This document shows positions 30,751-40,177 of a stretch of DNA of 64,000 nucleotides, piece by piece. A program made the position numbers and the translations under genes. Within the stretch, counting starts at the first letter, position 1. Each line of letters opens with the position of its first letter. The notes under the pieces were generated by a model. That model had not been told where the DNA came from, ran no database searches, and was given only the letters and a program-made list of their open reading frames with translations. The stretch is from an uncultured Flavobacteriales bacterium. GTDB lineage: Bacteria > Bacteroidota > Bacteroidia > Flavobacteriales_C > GCA-002722245. Where the stretch lies: positions 96 through 64,095 of the forward strand of contig CAJJCC010000001.1 of the NCBI GenBank assembly GCA_905182585.1, read 5' to 3'.

Positions 30751-31869
30751 TTGTATCTTGCAGTAAAAATAATCGTGAGTTTTACACCACTTTCATATAA
30801 GTCAGAGCAGCCAACCGATTTCTTTAAAACATTAAAGAATAGAATCGATAATTATTTCGTGGATAATAAAAAAGAGCGTCAAGGTGATTTTAGAATGTAT
30901 TTTAAAACATTCTTTATGCTTGCTGCTTATATAACTCCTTATTACTTTATCATTTCGGGAAGCGTTACTAATCCATTTATTTACACTGGATTATGGGCTG
31001 TAATGGGTGTTTTTATGGCTGGTATTGGATTGAGTATCATGCACGATGCTATCCATGGATCCTACTCTAAGAATTCATTTGTAAATAAATTGATTGGAGA
31101 GGTTATTAATTTAGTTGGGGGCGCGGCAATTAATTGGAAAATACAACACAACGTTTTACATCATACCTATACAAATGTTGAGGAATATGATATGGATATT
31201 AACGGACCTGCTATTTTAAGGTTTTCACCCAATCAGAAAAAAATTGGAATCCATAAATATCAATACATTTATGCATGGTTTTTATACGGATTGTTAACGC
31301 TTAATTGGGCGACTTATAAGGATTTTAACTCGTTAATCCGCTACAAAAAAATGGGTTTAATAGGTGGAGGTAAGAATCAGTTTACATTTGAGCTTATTAA
31401 AATCATCATAATGAAGCTTTTGTATTTCACCTTTATTATATTTTTCCCAATATACATTGGTGGAGCAACAGGTTTAACCGTTGTTTTAAACTTTGTAGTA
31501 ATGCAATGGATTGCAGGATTTATATTGAGTTGTGTTTTTCAACCTGCTCACGTAATGGAGGAATGCGAATTTGCAGTTGCAGGAAATGACAAAATTATTC
31601 ATGAGGATTGGGCTGCGCATCAAGTTATTAATACGGTGAATTTTGCGCCGGAAAATAAATTGTTAGGCTGGTATGTTGGAGGGTTAAATTTCCAAGTTGA
31701 ACACCACTTATTTCCTAATATTTGTCATGTTCACTACAGAGCTTTAAGTAAAATTGTAAAAGCGACCGCAGAGGAGTTTAAATTACCTTATAATGTTCAA
31801 CCTACTTTCGGATCAGCTCTATGGAATCATATGAAGATGTTGAAGGAGTTAGGAAAAGTCGAAGGATAA
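30751..31869 (+). CDS. membrane fatty-acid desaturase
   Basis: Three His boxes (HDAIHGS, HNVLHH, QVEHHLFP) and TM helices. The start is uncertain: TTG at 30751, or GTG at 30775 giving SFTPLSYK... Confidence 0.85.
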   Translation: MYLAVKIIVSFTPLSYKSEQPTDFFKTLKNRIDNYFVDNKKERQGDFRMYFKTFFMLAAYITPYYFIISGSVTNPFIYTGLWAVMGVFMAGIGLSIMHDAIHGSYSKNSFVNKLIGEVINLVGGAAINWKIQHNVLHHTYTNVEEYDMDINGPAILRFSPNQKKIGIHKYQYIYAWFLYGLLTLNWATYKDFNSLIRYKKMGLIGGGKNQFTFELIKIIIMKLLYFTFIIFFPIYIGGATGLTVVLNFVVMQWIAGFILSCVFQPAHVMEECEFAVAGNDKIIHEDWAAHQVINTVNFAPENKLLGWYVGGLNFQVEHHLFPNICHVHYRALSKIVKATAEEFKLPYNVQPTFGSALWNHMKMLKELGKVEG

Positions 31870-32132
31870 CCAAATTTTATTTTGAGTAATGATAGAGAAT
31901 CGGTTTATATGGCGTGAAATTAACTTCTCATTCGTATTGTTCTTCTCCTTCTATAGTAACGTTGACGATTCAATAATATGAATTTTCGGTGAAAATTTCG
32001 GTTCAGTTCTACTATTTTACAATTTCCTAATGGTTATACTATTCCCTCAATATGTTTTTGGAAGTTGGAAATGGATGTAATTTTGTAAGGTGGATTTTAG
32101 GCTGAATTAGGCATGTTATAAATCAGTTTAAT

Positions 32133-32516
32133 TTGTATTTTTGTATTGTATTGAGAGTAACTAAAGCAATATTATTATTAAATATTTATTTGATTGGACT
32201 TTTTGCTCCTTTTTATACGTTGGTTAATTTCGCAATTCATCAAGAGGAGATAACCGCTGAGTTTTGTGAAAATAAAAATAAACCTAAACTGGCATGCAAC
32301 GGAAAATGTCATCTTAGTAAATTATTGGCAAACCAACCAGCGGAAGAAGGTCAAGAATTATCAACTTTCCCTTCATTAGAGTACCCCTTAGGAAAAGTAG
32401 AACCTATTACTATCAAAGATTTTATATTAGACTGTTCATTCCTTAGAATACCTCCATATTGGGGATCATCAACTAATAATTTACAAGATCAAATCGATCA
32501 CCCTCCTTGGTGTTAA
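32133..32516 (+). CDS. small membrane protein with C-x9-C-x3-C motif
   Basis: About 120-127 aa with no ATG (TTG at 32133 or 32151). One N-terminal TM helix, then FCENKNKPKLACNGKCHL. Directly upstream of the MbnP-like gene. Confidence 0.45.
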   Translation: MYFCIVLRVTKAILLLNIYLIGLFAPFYTLVNFAIHQEEITAEFCENKNKPKLACNGKCHLSKLLANQPAEEGQELSTFPSLEYPLGKVEPITIKDFILDCSFLRIPPYWGSSTNNLQDQIDHPPWC

Positions 32517-32572
32517 TTAAGATTATTCAACTGTTTTATACGGTCACTATTTCTTAATTAAACAACATCAAA

Positions 32573-33319
32573 ATGAAAAAATTATTAGTTTCAATGGTAG
32601 CTATTGCTTCCATATTAAATATTGCTTGTAAAAAAGAAGAATCTGATAAAGAGCATGGTCATGTGAATTTATCTTTTAAGCATAAAATTGGGAGTCAAAA
32701 CTTAGAGTTTGACACTCTAAAATATGTAAATGTTGTCGGTCATAAATACGAGGTACAAACATTAAAGTACTTTATATCTAACCTAACATTCAAACGCTCT
32801 AATGGAACAGAGGTTAAAATTGATAAGCCAATTTATGTAGATGCTGATGATGTTGTTACTTTAAATTATGACGGACATATCGATCTGTCTAAAGGTGTTT
32901 ATGAATCCGTAAGTTTTACTTTTGGGTTAGATGAGAGCTATAACATTTCTGACACTTTAACAACAGTTGAAGAAACGAACATGTTATGGCCAGAAAATAA
33001 TGGTGGTGGATATCACTATATGAAGTTTGAGGGTAAATATGATTCCTTATCAACGGGTACTGAAAAGAAAGGGTTTAATTTGCATGCAGGAGGAACAATG
33101 GGAATGCCATACCATTTCAATGTTACGCTCGAAAACTCAGCCTTTACTCAGTCTGAAGACGATTTAGATTTGGAGTTAACAATGGACTTAAACGAATGGT
33201 TTACGGGTGTTGAAAATTATGATTTTACAGATTATGGAATGATGATTATGATGAATGCTGATGCACAGTCTGTAATTCAAGCAAATGGAACCTCCGTATT
33301 TAGTTTATCAATAAAATAA
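32573..33319 (+). CDS. mbnP: MbnP-like copper-binding lipoprotein
   Basis: 248 aa with lipobox ILNIAC. Family-like blocks LKYFISNLTF, FTFGLDES, NMLWPENNGGGYHYMKFEGKY. Followed by a di-haem peroxidase, as in MbnP/MbnH pairs. Confidence 0.6.
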   Translation: MKKLLVSMVAIASILNIACKKEESDKEHGHVNLSFKHKIGSQNLEFDTLKYVNVVGHKYEVQTLKYFISNLTFKRSNGTEVKIDKPIYVDADDVVTLNYDGHIDLSKGVYESVSFTFGLDESYNISDTLTTVEETNMLWPENNGGGYHYMKFEGKYDSLSTGTEKKGFNLHAGGTMGMPYHFNVTLENSAFTQSEDDLDLELTMDLNEWFTGVENYDFTDYGMMIMMNADAQSVIQANGTSVFSLSIK

Positions 33320-33332
33320 GAACTTTAAAAAT

Positions 33333-33364
33333 GCTCTTCTCAATATTGAGAAGAGCTGTTTTTT
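33333..33364 (+). terminator. strong hairpin plus U-tract in the 45-nt mbnP-mbnH spacer
   Basis: Perfect 24-nt palindrome GCTCTTCTCAATATTGAGAAGAGC (33333..33356), then TGTTTTTT running into the ATG at 33365. Confidence 0.55.
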
Positions 33365-34411
33365 ATGAGAAATCTAATTACACTTTTATTGATTTTTTTC
33401 GCAATAATTAGTTGCAGAGATAAAATAGGAACTGATAATCCAGCTGGAGATCAACATACGCATACACACGTTGAAATATCTTCAAATGGATTCCCTACAA
33501 TGCTTATTCCTAATAACAATCCACTTTCAGTAGAGGGGATTGATTTAGGAAGGAAATTATTTTACGATCCAGTTTTATCAGGAGATAGTACACAAAGTTG
33601 TTCAAGTTGCCATCAACAAAAACATGCGTTTTCTGATCCAAAGCAGTTTAGTGTAGGGATTGATGGGTTATCTGGCGGAAGAAATGCCTCTGCCATTATA
33701 AACGCGGGATGGCAATCTTCTGTTTTTTGGGACGGAAGAGTATCCTCGCTTGAAGAACAAGCTTTAGGTCCCATTCCGAACCCAATTGAGATGCATTTAG
33801 ATTGGGATGAAGCGATTGTAAGACTGAATAATTCTGACTATAAAGATTTGTTTAAGTTAGCTTTTGGAGATGAAGTAATTACGAAGGAATTAGTAGCGAT
33901 GGCAATTGCTCAATTTGAACGGACTCTTATTTCAGATAATGCTAAGTTTGATAAATTCTTAACAGGTGAATTAACGTTAAGCCCTTTAGAAGCAGCAGGA
34001 TTTAATTTGTTTTTTTCTGAAAAGGCTGAATGTTTTCATTGTCATGGGAGACCTTTGTTTACAGATGATGATTTACATAATAACGGCTTAGATGAAGTAT
34101 TCGATGATATTGGGCAAGGAGAGGTGACAGGTGAAAATGCGGATAGAGGTAAGTTTAGAACGCCCACGCTTAGAAATATTGAATTTACCGCTCCTTATAT
34201 GCATGATGGAAGATTTAATACCCTCGAAGAAGTTATTGATTTTTATAGCGACAGCATCAAGACATCTTCTACTGTAGATCCCTTAATGCCAAATGATAAC
34301 GGAGGGTTTCATTGGACTGCGTTGGAAAAGTTACAATTAGTGAGTTTTCTGAAAACGCTCTCGGACACTAGTTTTATATCCAATCCAGATTTTCAGAGTC
34401 CTTATGAATAA
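33365..34411 (+). CDS. mbnH: di-haem cytochrome c peroxidase (MauG/MbnH family)
   Basis: 348 aa with two CxxCH sites (CSSCH, CFHCH) and a family block TPTLRNIEFTAPYMHDGRFNTLEEVIDFY. Confidence 0.8.
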   Translation: MRNLITLLLIFFAIISCRDKIGTDNPAGDQHTHTHVEISSNGFPTMLIPNNNPLSVEGIDLGRKLFYDPVLSGDSTQSCSSCHQQKHAFSDPKQFSVGIDGLSGGRNASAIINAGWQSSVFWDGRVSSLEEQALGPIPNPIEMHLDWDEAIVRLNNSDYKDLFKLAFGDEVITKELVAMAIAQFERTLISDNAKFDKFLTGELTLSPLEAAGFNLFFSEKAECFHCHGRPLFTDDDLHNNGLDEVFDDIGQGEVTGENADRGKFRTPTLRNIEFTAPYMHDGRFNTLEEVIDFYSDSIKTSSTVDPLMPNDNGGFHWTALEKLQLVSFLKTLSDTSFISNPDFQSPYE

Positions 34412-34519
34412 CTTTTATCCCCAGAATATCCTACATAGTAAGCATCGCTTCTCTTATATAGAGGGAACTGAGAGAAAAAGATAAACGTTTACTAAAATTT
34501 CATTGACGCTTTCATAAGT

Positions 34520-35083
34520 TTATTTCCAGGAAAAACTTTCAATCAATGTATCCACATCCGCTCGGATAAAGTCGATTACTGTGGAAAGAGAATCGTTATT
34601 AGGAGACGTATTAAAGTATAATACACCTCTAAAGAAATGATTTGTACTATCAGTTATAAAAAACTGTAATGGAGTTGCCGCTTTTGTTCCTGTAATATTA
34701 AACAAGAGGGCATTTACTTTTTTTGAAGGATCCTGAAATATTTTTTCTTGAACACTAGATGAAAATTGATTATGTTTTTCTCGCAACTTATATTCTTGAT
34801 CAATCAACCCTTTTAAATGTCCATTAACGGGTATATATGAAAAGTGAAGTTTTGCGTTTAGTGAAGGATAAATCAAATTAAAAAAACAAGAATCTTCGTT
34901 GGATATTTCAATCGTTGTTGAGGTTGATTTTCTAAAAGAAAAGACACAATTACTCTCCCAGTTTTCATATTGAGCAATAGGTAGCTCAATACGAGGGAAA
35001 CCATGTGGTTTAGGTGTAGGGGTTTCCGAACAACCTAAGATCATTATAATACTTACCGAAATCACCAGTTTTATTCCCATCAT
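34520..35083 (-). CDS. gldD: gliding motility lipoprotein GldD
   Basis: 187-aa lipoprotein (ILGCSETPTPKPHGFPRIELP) immediately downstream of, and overlapping, gldE, as in Flavobacterium johnsoniae. Confidence 0.65.
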   Translation of the reverse strand: MMGIKLVISVSIIMILGCSETPTPKPHGFPRIELPIAQYENWESNCVFSFRKSTSTTIEISNEDSCFFNLIYPSLNAKLHFSYIPVNGHLKGLIDQEYKLREKHNQFSSSVQEKIFQDPSKKVNALLFNITGTKAATPLQFFITDSTNHFFRGVLYFNTSPNNDSLSTVIDFIRADVDTLIESFSWK

Positions 35084-36420
35084 TTTACTTCAAGTTTAAT
35101 CCTGTGAATCCTTTTTTCGTCGATGTGCTCAATTGTAAACACATAATTCTGCAATTTTATTATTTCACCTTTCCTGGGAAACCCTCCCTTCATTTCAAGT
35201 AATAAACCTGCTATAGTTTCTGATTCTCCTTTAATTTCTTCGAATTCTTCTCCTTCAACTTCTAAAATTCGATAAACATCCAAAAGAGGAATTTTCCCAT
35301 TGAATATATATTTTCCTTCACCAAGAATAGAATATTCTAATTCTTCGTCAATATCAAATTCATCTTTAATATCTCCAACAATTTCTTCAATAATATCCTC
35401 TAATGTAACCAACCCTTCAACGCCTCCATATTCATCAACAACAATCGCTAAGTGAATCTTTTTCTCTTGGAACTCCGTGAGTAAATCATCTAGTTTTTTA
35501 TTTTCGGGAACAAAATAAGGTTGTCTGATTAAGGTTTTCCAGTTTGGATTTACAACGTCTTTATCGTTTAAGAACCCTAGTAAATCTTTAATATATAAAA
35601 CACCTTTAATTGTATCGATTGAGTTTTCATAAACTGGGATTCTTGATACTCCCTGCTTGGTGATCGTTTCAATAACGTCATTATATTCTGTATTGATAGA
35701 AATACCTTTGATGTCGGTTCGAGGAACCATAATTTGTTTAGCTTCTGTTTGGCCAATCTCTAAAATTCCATTGAGCATTTTTTGCTCTTGCTTATTAGCT
35801 TCGTTTTGAACAATTTCATGAACTTGAGAAAGCTCGTCAACACTTAAATTCTTGTTTTCGATTCTGATTTTTTGATCAAAAATATTTGAGATTTTCACGA
35901 GAAATCTGGATGGTATTGAAAACAATCTCCCAAATACTAAAATGGGCTTAATCATTAATTTTGCCATTTCCCGATTTCTTTTCGTTGCATATACCTTAGG
36001 TATTATTTCTCCGAAAATTAAAATCAAAGTAGTAATGCCAACAATCTGAATTAGAAATAAAACCCAAGCAGGTGCAGATATGTGTTTTTCAAATGTATCT
36101 ATCACAAGACTGGATATTAATATTAATCCTATATTAACGGTATTATTAACAATTAATATTGTAGCTAATAGTTGGTCTGGATTTTGAAGAATACCTCTGA
36201 GTTGATTGGCTTTTTCGGGTTCTTTACCTTCAATTTTCTCCAAATCTTTAGCTTCAAGAGAGAAAAAAGCAATTTCAGAAGCAGAAATAAATGCAGACCC
36301 TGTTAATAGAATAAGCATTCCGATTATGAGCGCAGAAACATATATCCAATCTGTGATTGAAATGGTGTTAATTTGAGATAAAATTGTAAGTCCTAATTGA
36401 AAAGGCTCAGAATCGTCCAA
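35080..36420 (-). CDS. gldE: gliding motility protein GldE (CNNM/CorC-HlyC family: DUF21 + CBS pair + CorC_HlyC)
   Basis: 446 aa. N-terminal 4-TM DUF21-like region, a CBS pair, and a C-terminal transporter-associated domain. Adjacent to gldD. Confidence 0.8.
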   Translation of the reverse strand: MDDSEPFQLGLTILSQINTISITDWIYVSALIIGMLILLTGSAFISASEIAFFSLEAKDLEKIEGKEPEKANQLRGILQNPDQLLATILIVNNTVNIGLILISSLVIDTFEKHISAPAWVLFLIQIVGITTLILIFGEIIPKVYATKRNREMAKLMIKPILVFGRLFSIPSRFLVKISNIFDQKIRIENKNLSVDELSQVHEIVQNEANKQEQKMLNGILEIGQTEAKQIMVPRTDIKGISINTEYNDVIETITKQGVSRIPVYENSIDTIKGVLYIKDLLGFLNDKDVVNPNWKTLIRQPYFVPENKKLDDLLTEFQEKKIHLAIVVDEYGGVEGLVTLEDIIEEIVGDIKDEFDIDEELEYSILGEGKYIFNGKIPLLDVYRILEVEGEEFEEIKGESETIAGLLLEMKGGFPRKGEIIKLQNYVFTIEHIDEKRIHRIKLEVK

Positions 36421-36430
36421 TGTCTCCTAA

Positions 36431-36880
36431 TTAAAATGGTAAGTCATCTTCTTCTTGTACCGAGTTATTGGCAGCGTTAGAAGTTGAAGGGATATTTGCT
36501 GGTTGATTATATGCAGTTGTTCCAGAATTACCAGCGTTTTGGTTATCTTCCTTACGTCCTAACATTGTAAATGTATCAGCAACTACCTCCGTTGTATATC
36601 TTTTGTTTCCTTGAGGATCTTCCCAAGAACGTGTTCTTAATTTTCCTTCAAGGTAAATTTGACTTCCTTTTTTAAGGTAATTTTCCGCGATTTCCGCTAA
36701 TTTTCTCCAAACAACAACGTTGTGCCATTCTGTTTGATCAACTCTATTTCCTTGCTTGTCTTTATAAGACTCAGAAGTAGCTATTGGGAAGTTCGCAACT
36801 GCAGTACCGTTTTCTAAATGTCTAACTTCAGGATCTTTTCCTAAGTTTCCTACTAAAATCACTTTATTTACTCCTGCCAT
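36431..36880 (-). CDS. ssb: single-stranded DNA-binding protein
   Basis: 149 aa. OB fold ([14 protein letters not shown]..), a Gly/Asn/Gln-rich linker, and an acidic tip EEDDLPF. Confidence 0.95.
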   Translation of the reverse strand: MAGVNKVILVGNLGKDPEVRHLENGTAVANFPIATSESYKDKQGNRVDQTEWHNVVVWRKLAEIAENYLKKGSQIYLEGKLRTRSWEDPQGNKRYTTEVVADTFTMLGRKEDNQNAGNSGTTAYNQPANIPSTSNAANNSVQEEDDLPF

Positions 36881-36936
36881 GGCGAGTTGATGTTAAATTG
36901 AAAATTATATAATACGAATATAAAGAATGCTAACTC

Positions 36937-37929
36937 TTATTGAAAATATTGACTTAAAAAATTGTCGATTACTTTTGGAATAGCATATTTCTCAACTTGA
37001 TTAAGTTCTACCCAGATTCCTTCATGGGAATTATAATCGTCAGATGTATAGAATTTACAAAATAAGTTTTGATGTGATAACACGTGTTTACATTGCCAAT
37101 TTAATTTGATTTTCTCTGAAAAAGGAGATTGATCACTTGTTGTTTCAGTAAGTGGGAGTTGATACATGTTTGCCCAAATTCCCTTTTCATCTCTTTTTTG
37201 AAGCAGCATTTTGTTCTCTTTAAGAATGAACTCAAAATGAAAGTGTCTTGTTGTTTTTTTTATTTTTTTAGATTTGACGGGTAAAGAATATACTAAGTCG
37301 TTATTGAAAGCTTCGCATTGATCAGAAAAGATGCAATTATTACACAATGGTTTTTTAGGAGTACAAACTGTAGCCCCATACTCCATAATTGCTTGATTGT
37401 GACTCGCAGGATCAATTGACGAGATTAGCGCATTAGCCAAAGCATTAAACTCTTTTTTTCCTTGACCAGTATCAATTGGAGTGTTTATGTTGAAAATTCG
37501 GGATAATACTCGGAATACATTTCCATCAACAACGGCAATTTTTTCGTCATTTGAAAAACTAGAGATTGCAGCGGAGCTATAATCGCCAACACCCTTTAGT
37601 TTTTTTAAATTAATTGAGTCTTTTGGGAAAACACCATCAAACTCTTCCATGACTTGAATTGCAGCTTTTCGAAGATTTCGTCCTCTACTATAGTACCCTA
37701 ATCCTTGCCATAAACTTAAAACTTCATCTTCTGAAGCTTTTGCTAAGTCTTTTACAGAAGAAAATCGATCAATAAACTTATGGTAATAACTTAAGCCTTG
37801 ATCAACCCTAGTTTGTTGTAGTATTATCTCCGAAAGCCATATTTTAAAGGGGTCTCGGGTGTTTCTCCATGGTAGGTCACGTTTGTTATTGTGGTACCAG
37901 TCTGTTAGTTTTGTACTAAAATTATTCAA
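36937..37929 (-). CDS. mutY: A/G-specific adenine DNA glycosylase
   Basis: 330 aa. HhH-GPD region (LPWR.. WLSEIILQQTRV, LKGVGDYSSAAI), a 4Fe-4S Cys cluster (C..C..C..C) and a NUDIX-like C-terminus. Confidence 0.9.
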   Translation of the reverse strand: MNNFSTKLTDWYHNNKRDLPWRNTRDPFKIWLSEIILQQTRVDQGLSYYHKFIDRFSSVKDLAKASEDEVLSLWQGLGYYSRGRNLRKAAIQVMEEFDGVFPKDSINLKKLKGVGDYSSAAISSFSNDEKIAVVDGNVFRVLSRIFNINTPIDTGQGKKEFNALANALISSIDPASHNQAIMEYGATVCTPKKPLCNNCIFSDQCEAFNNDLVYSLPVKSKKIKKTTRHFHFEFILKENKMLLQKRDEKGIWANMYQLPLTETTSDQSPFSEKIKLNWQCKHVLSHQNLFCKFYTSDDYNSHEGIWVELNQVEKYAIPKVIDNFLSQYFQ

Positions 37930-38067
37930 GTCAAGAGATTAGTTTTGAAAGAGTTAAGTTAAGAAAGTGTAAATAATTCTTTCTTAACCGAATTAATTCT
38001 TGTAAATTTGCACCCCCTTAAAAAAGGACGAGGTGTAAATTTATAAATAATAAAAATAGAGAAAGAG

Positions 38068-38358
38068 ATGACTAAGGCGGATATTGTAAATGAAATTTCA
38101 GAAAAGACGGGAATCGAGAAAGTTGCAGTTCAAGCTACGGTTGAAGCATTCATGAAATCCGTTAAAACATCATTAACTGATGGAGAAAACGTATATTTAA
38201 GAGGTTTTGGAAGCTTTATCGTTAAGAAAAGAGCTCAAAAGACAGGGAGAAACATCTCTAAAAACACTACTATTATTATACCAGAGCACTTTGTGCCAGC
38301 ATTTAAACCAGCAAAAGTTTTTGTTGATAAAGTTAAGAGTGAATCTACGACTAAGTGA
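38068..38358 (+). CDS. HU-family DNA-binding protein
   Basis: 96 aa with the typical HU/IHF pattern (MTKADIV.., GFGSFIVKKRA.. GRN..T). Confidence 0.9.
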   Translation: MTKADIVNEISEKTGIEKVAVQATVEAFMKSVKTSLTDGENVYLRGFGSFIVKKRAQKTGRNISKNTTIIIPEHFVPAFKPAKVFVDKVKSESTTK

Positions 38359-38400
38359 TTAGTTGTTTGAAAATATTATAAACATTTAAAATAAAAGATT

Positions 38401-38490
38401 ATGCCAAGCGGAAAGAAAAGAAAAAGACATAAGATGGCTACGCACAAGCGTAAGAAGAGATTAAGAAAAAACAGACATAAGAAGAAGTAA
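38401..38490 (+). CDS. unlisted 29-aa Lys/Arg-rich microprotein (bS22 / AURKAIP1-COX24-like ribosomal peptide candidate)
   Basis: The ATG at 38401 encodes MPSGKKRKRHKMATHKRKKRLRKNRHKKK. Its 3' end sits in a 12-bp-stem hairpin (38479..38505). Too short for the ORF track. Confidence 0.5.
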   Translation: MPSGKKRKRHKMATHKRKKRLRKNRHKKK

Positions 38491-38578
38491 TTATTACTTC
38501 TTCTTATTCTTCCTTAATTAATATTGCTAGTTCCGTTAGTTCGGGGCTAGCTTATTCTATTTACATAAACCTGAAAAT

Positions 38579-40132
38579 GTGTACGAATTAATTTTAAGTT
38601 CTACACCCTCAGAGGTCGTAATAGCATTACTTAAGGATAAGCAGCTCGTTGAGTTGCACAGGGAACCTAAGAATACCAAGTTTGCAGTAGGCGATGTTTA
38701 CATGGGGAGAGTGCGTAAAGTACTACCTAGTTTAAATGCAGCATTCGTAGATGTAGGTTATGAAAAGGATGCATTTTTGCATTACTTTGATTTAGGACCA
38801 CAAGTTTTATCCCTAAATAAGTTTGTTAAACGAACTAGAGAGGGTAAGGAGAAAACCGGGAATTTACTTTACTTTAAAAGTGAACCCGATATTGAAAAAA
38901 CAGGTGCTATGAATGAGGTTCTTAACCCTGGACAAGAAGTTCTTGTTCAGGTGGCTAAAGAACCCATTAGTACTAAGGGACCAAGAATTGGTTCCGAACT
39001 TTCTATTCCAGGAAGATATTTAGTGTTAGTTCCATTTTCTGAGCGCGTTTCTGTTTCTCAGAAGATTAATAATCGTAGTGAAAAAGATCGTCTTAAAAAA
39101 CTGATCAAAAGCATCAAACCTAAAAACTTTGGTGTAATTGTTCGAACAAATGCACAGGGTCTTAAAGTTGCGGAGTTAAATAAGGATCTTGACGATTTAT
39201 TAGCGAAATGGGATGATATAAGTACAAACCTTAAAAAATCAAAGGTTAGTGAAAAAGTTCTAGGTGAACTTAGTCGTACCTCTGCAATTTTGAGAGATGT
39301 ATTTAACAGTACTTTTGAAAATATATACGTTGATAACGAAATACTTTATAAAGAAGTAAATGCGTATATAGATGAAAAAGCACCAAGTAAAAAAGGGATT
39401 GTCAACCTGTATAAGGGAAGTCTTCCAATTTTTGAAAACTTTAAAATCACAAGAGAAATCAAACAATCTTTTGGTCAAACAGTTACTTCAAAAAGTGGAG
39501 TTTATTTGGTTATTGAGCACACGGAAGCTTGTCACGTTATTGATGTGAATAGTGGGAATAGGTCTCATGCAAAGGCAAATCAAGAAGAAAATGCTCTGGC
39601 AGTTAACTTGGAGGCAGCTGATGAAGTTGCTCGACAATTAAGGCTAAGAGACATGGGAGGAATTATCGTTGTTGATTTTATCGACATGAAAAAGCCGCAA
39701 CATCGTAAGCAATTGTATCATCATATGAAAGATGCAATGAAAGACGATAGGGCTAAGCATAGTTTAACTCCTCCAAGTAAATTTGGTTTGATTGAAATTA
39801 CGCGTCAAAGGGTTCGCCCAGTGACAAAAGTTGTTACAACTGAGGTTTGTCCAAGTTGTTCAGGTTCAGGAAAGGTAGAGTCTAGCATTAATGTTGTTAA
39901 AGTCATTGAGGGTCAGGCTAGTACAATAGTTAAATCGAAAGGCTTAAATAAATTAAGAGTTTCGGTTCATCCTTATATTGAGTCCTATTTGACAAAAGGA
40001 ATTTTTTCTAATGAAAAGAAGAAACTTCAGAAGAGAATAGGTGCAAAACTTGAATTGCTGCCGATGTTTGAGAATGAAATTTTAGAATATCATTTTTACG
40101 ATTCCGACGGACAGGAATTAGATGCAAATTAA
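38579..40132 (+). CDS. ribonuclease E/G family endoribonuclease
   Basis: 517 aa with GTG start. S1 domain (VGDVYMGRVRKVLPSLNAAFVDVG), catalytic region (HVIDVNSG, DMGGIIVVDFIDM), and Zn-link CPSCSGSG. Confidence 0.9.
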   Translation: MYELILSSTPSEVVIALLKDKQLVELHREPKNTKFAVGDVYMGRVRKVLPSLNAAFVDVGYEKDAFLHYFDLGPQVLSLNKFVKRTREGKEKTGNLLYFKSEPDIEKTGAMNEVLNPGQEVLVQVAKEPISTKGPRIGSELSIPGRYLVLVPFSERVSVSQKINNRSEKDRLKKLIKSIKPKNFGVIVRTNAQGLKVAELNKDLDDLLAKWDDISTNLKKSKVSEKVLGELSRTSAILRDVFNSTFENIYVDNEILYKEVNAYIDEKAPSKKGIVNLYKGSLPIFENFKITREIKQSFGQTVTSKSGVYLVIEHTEACHVIDVNSGNRSHAKANQEENALAVNLEAADEVARQLRLRDMGGIIVVDFIDMKKPQHRKQLYHHMKDAMKDDRAKHSLTPPSKFGLIEITRQRVRPVTKVVTTEVCPSCSGSGKVESSINVVKVIEGQASTIVKSKGLNKLRVSVHPYIESYLTKGIFSNEKKKLQKRIGAKLELLPMFENEILEYHFYDSDGQELDAN

Positions 40133-40140
40133 TATCATAT

Positions 40141-40168
40141 CCCTCAACTCAGTTGAGGGATTTTTTTT
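40141..40168 (+). terminator. intrinsic terminator after the RNase E/G gene
   Basis: CCCTCAAC-TCA-GTTGAGGG followed by A and T8. Confidence 0.75.
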
Positions 40169-40177
40169 ACAAAAATA

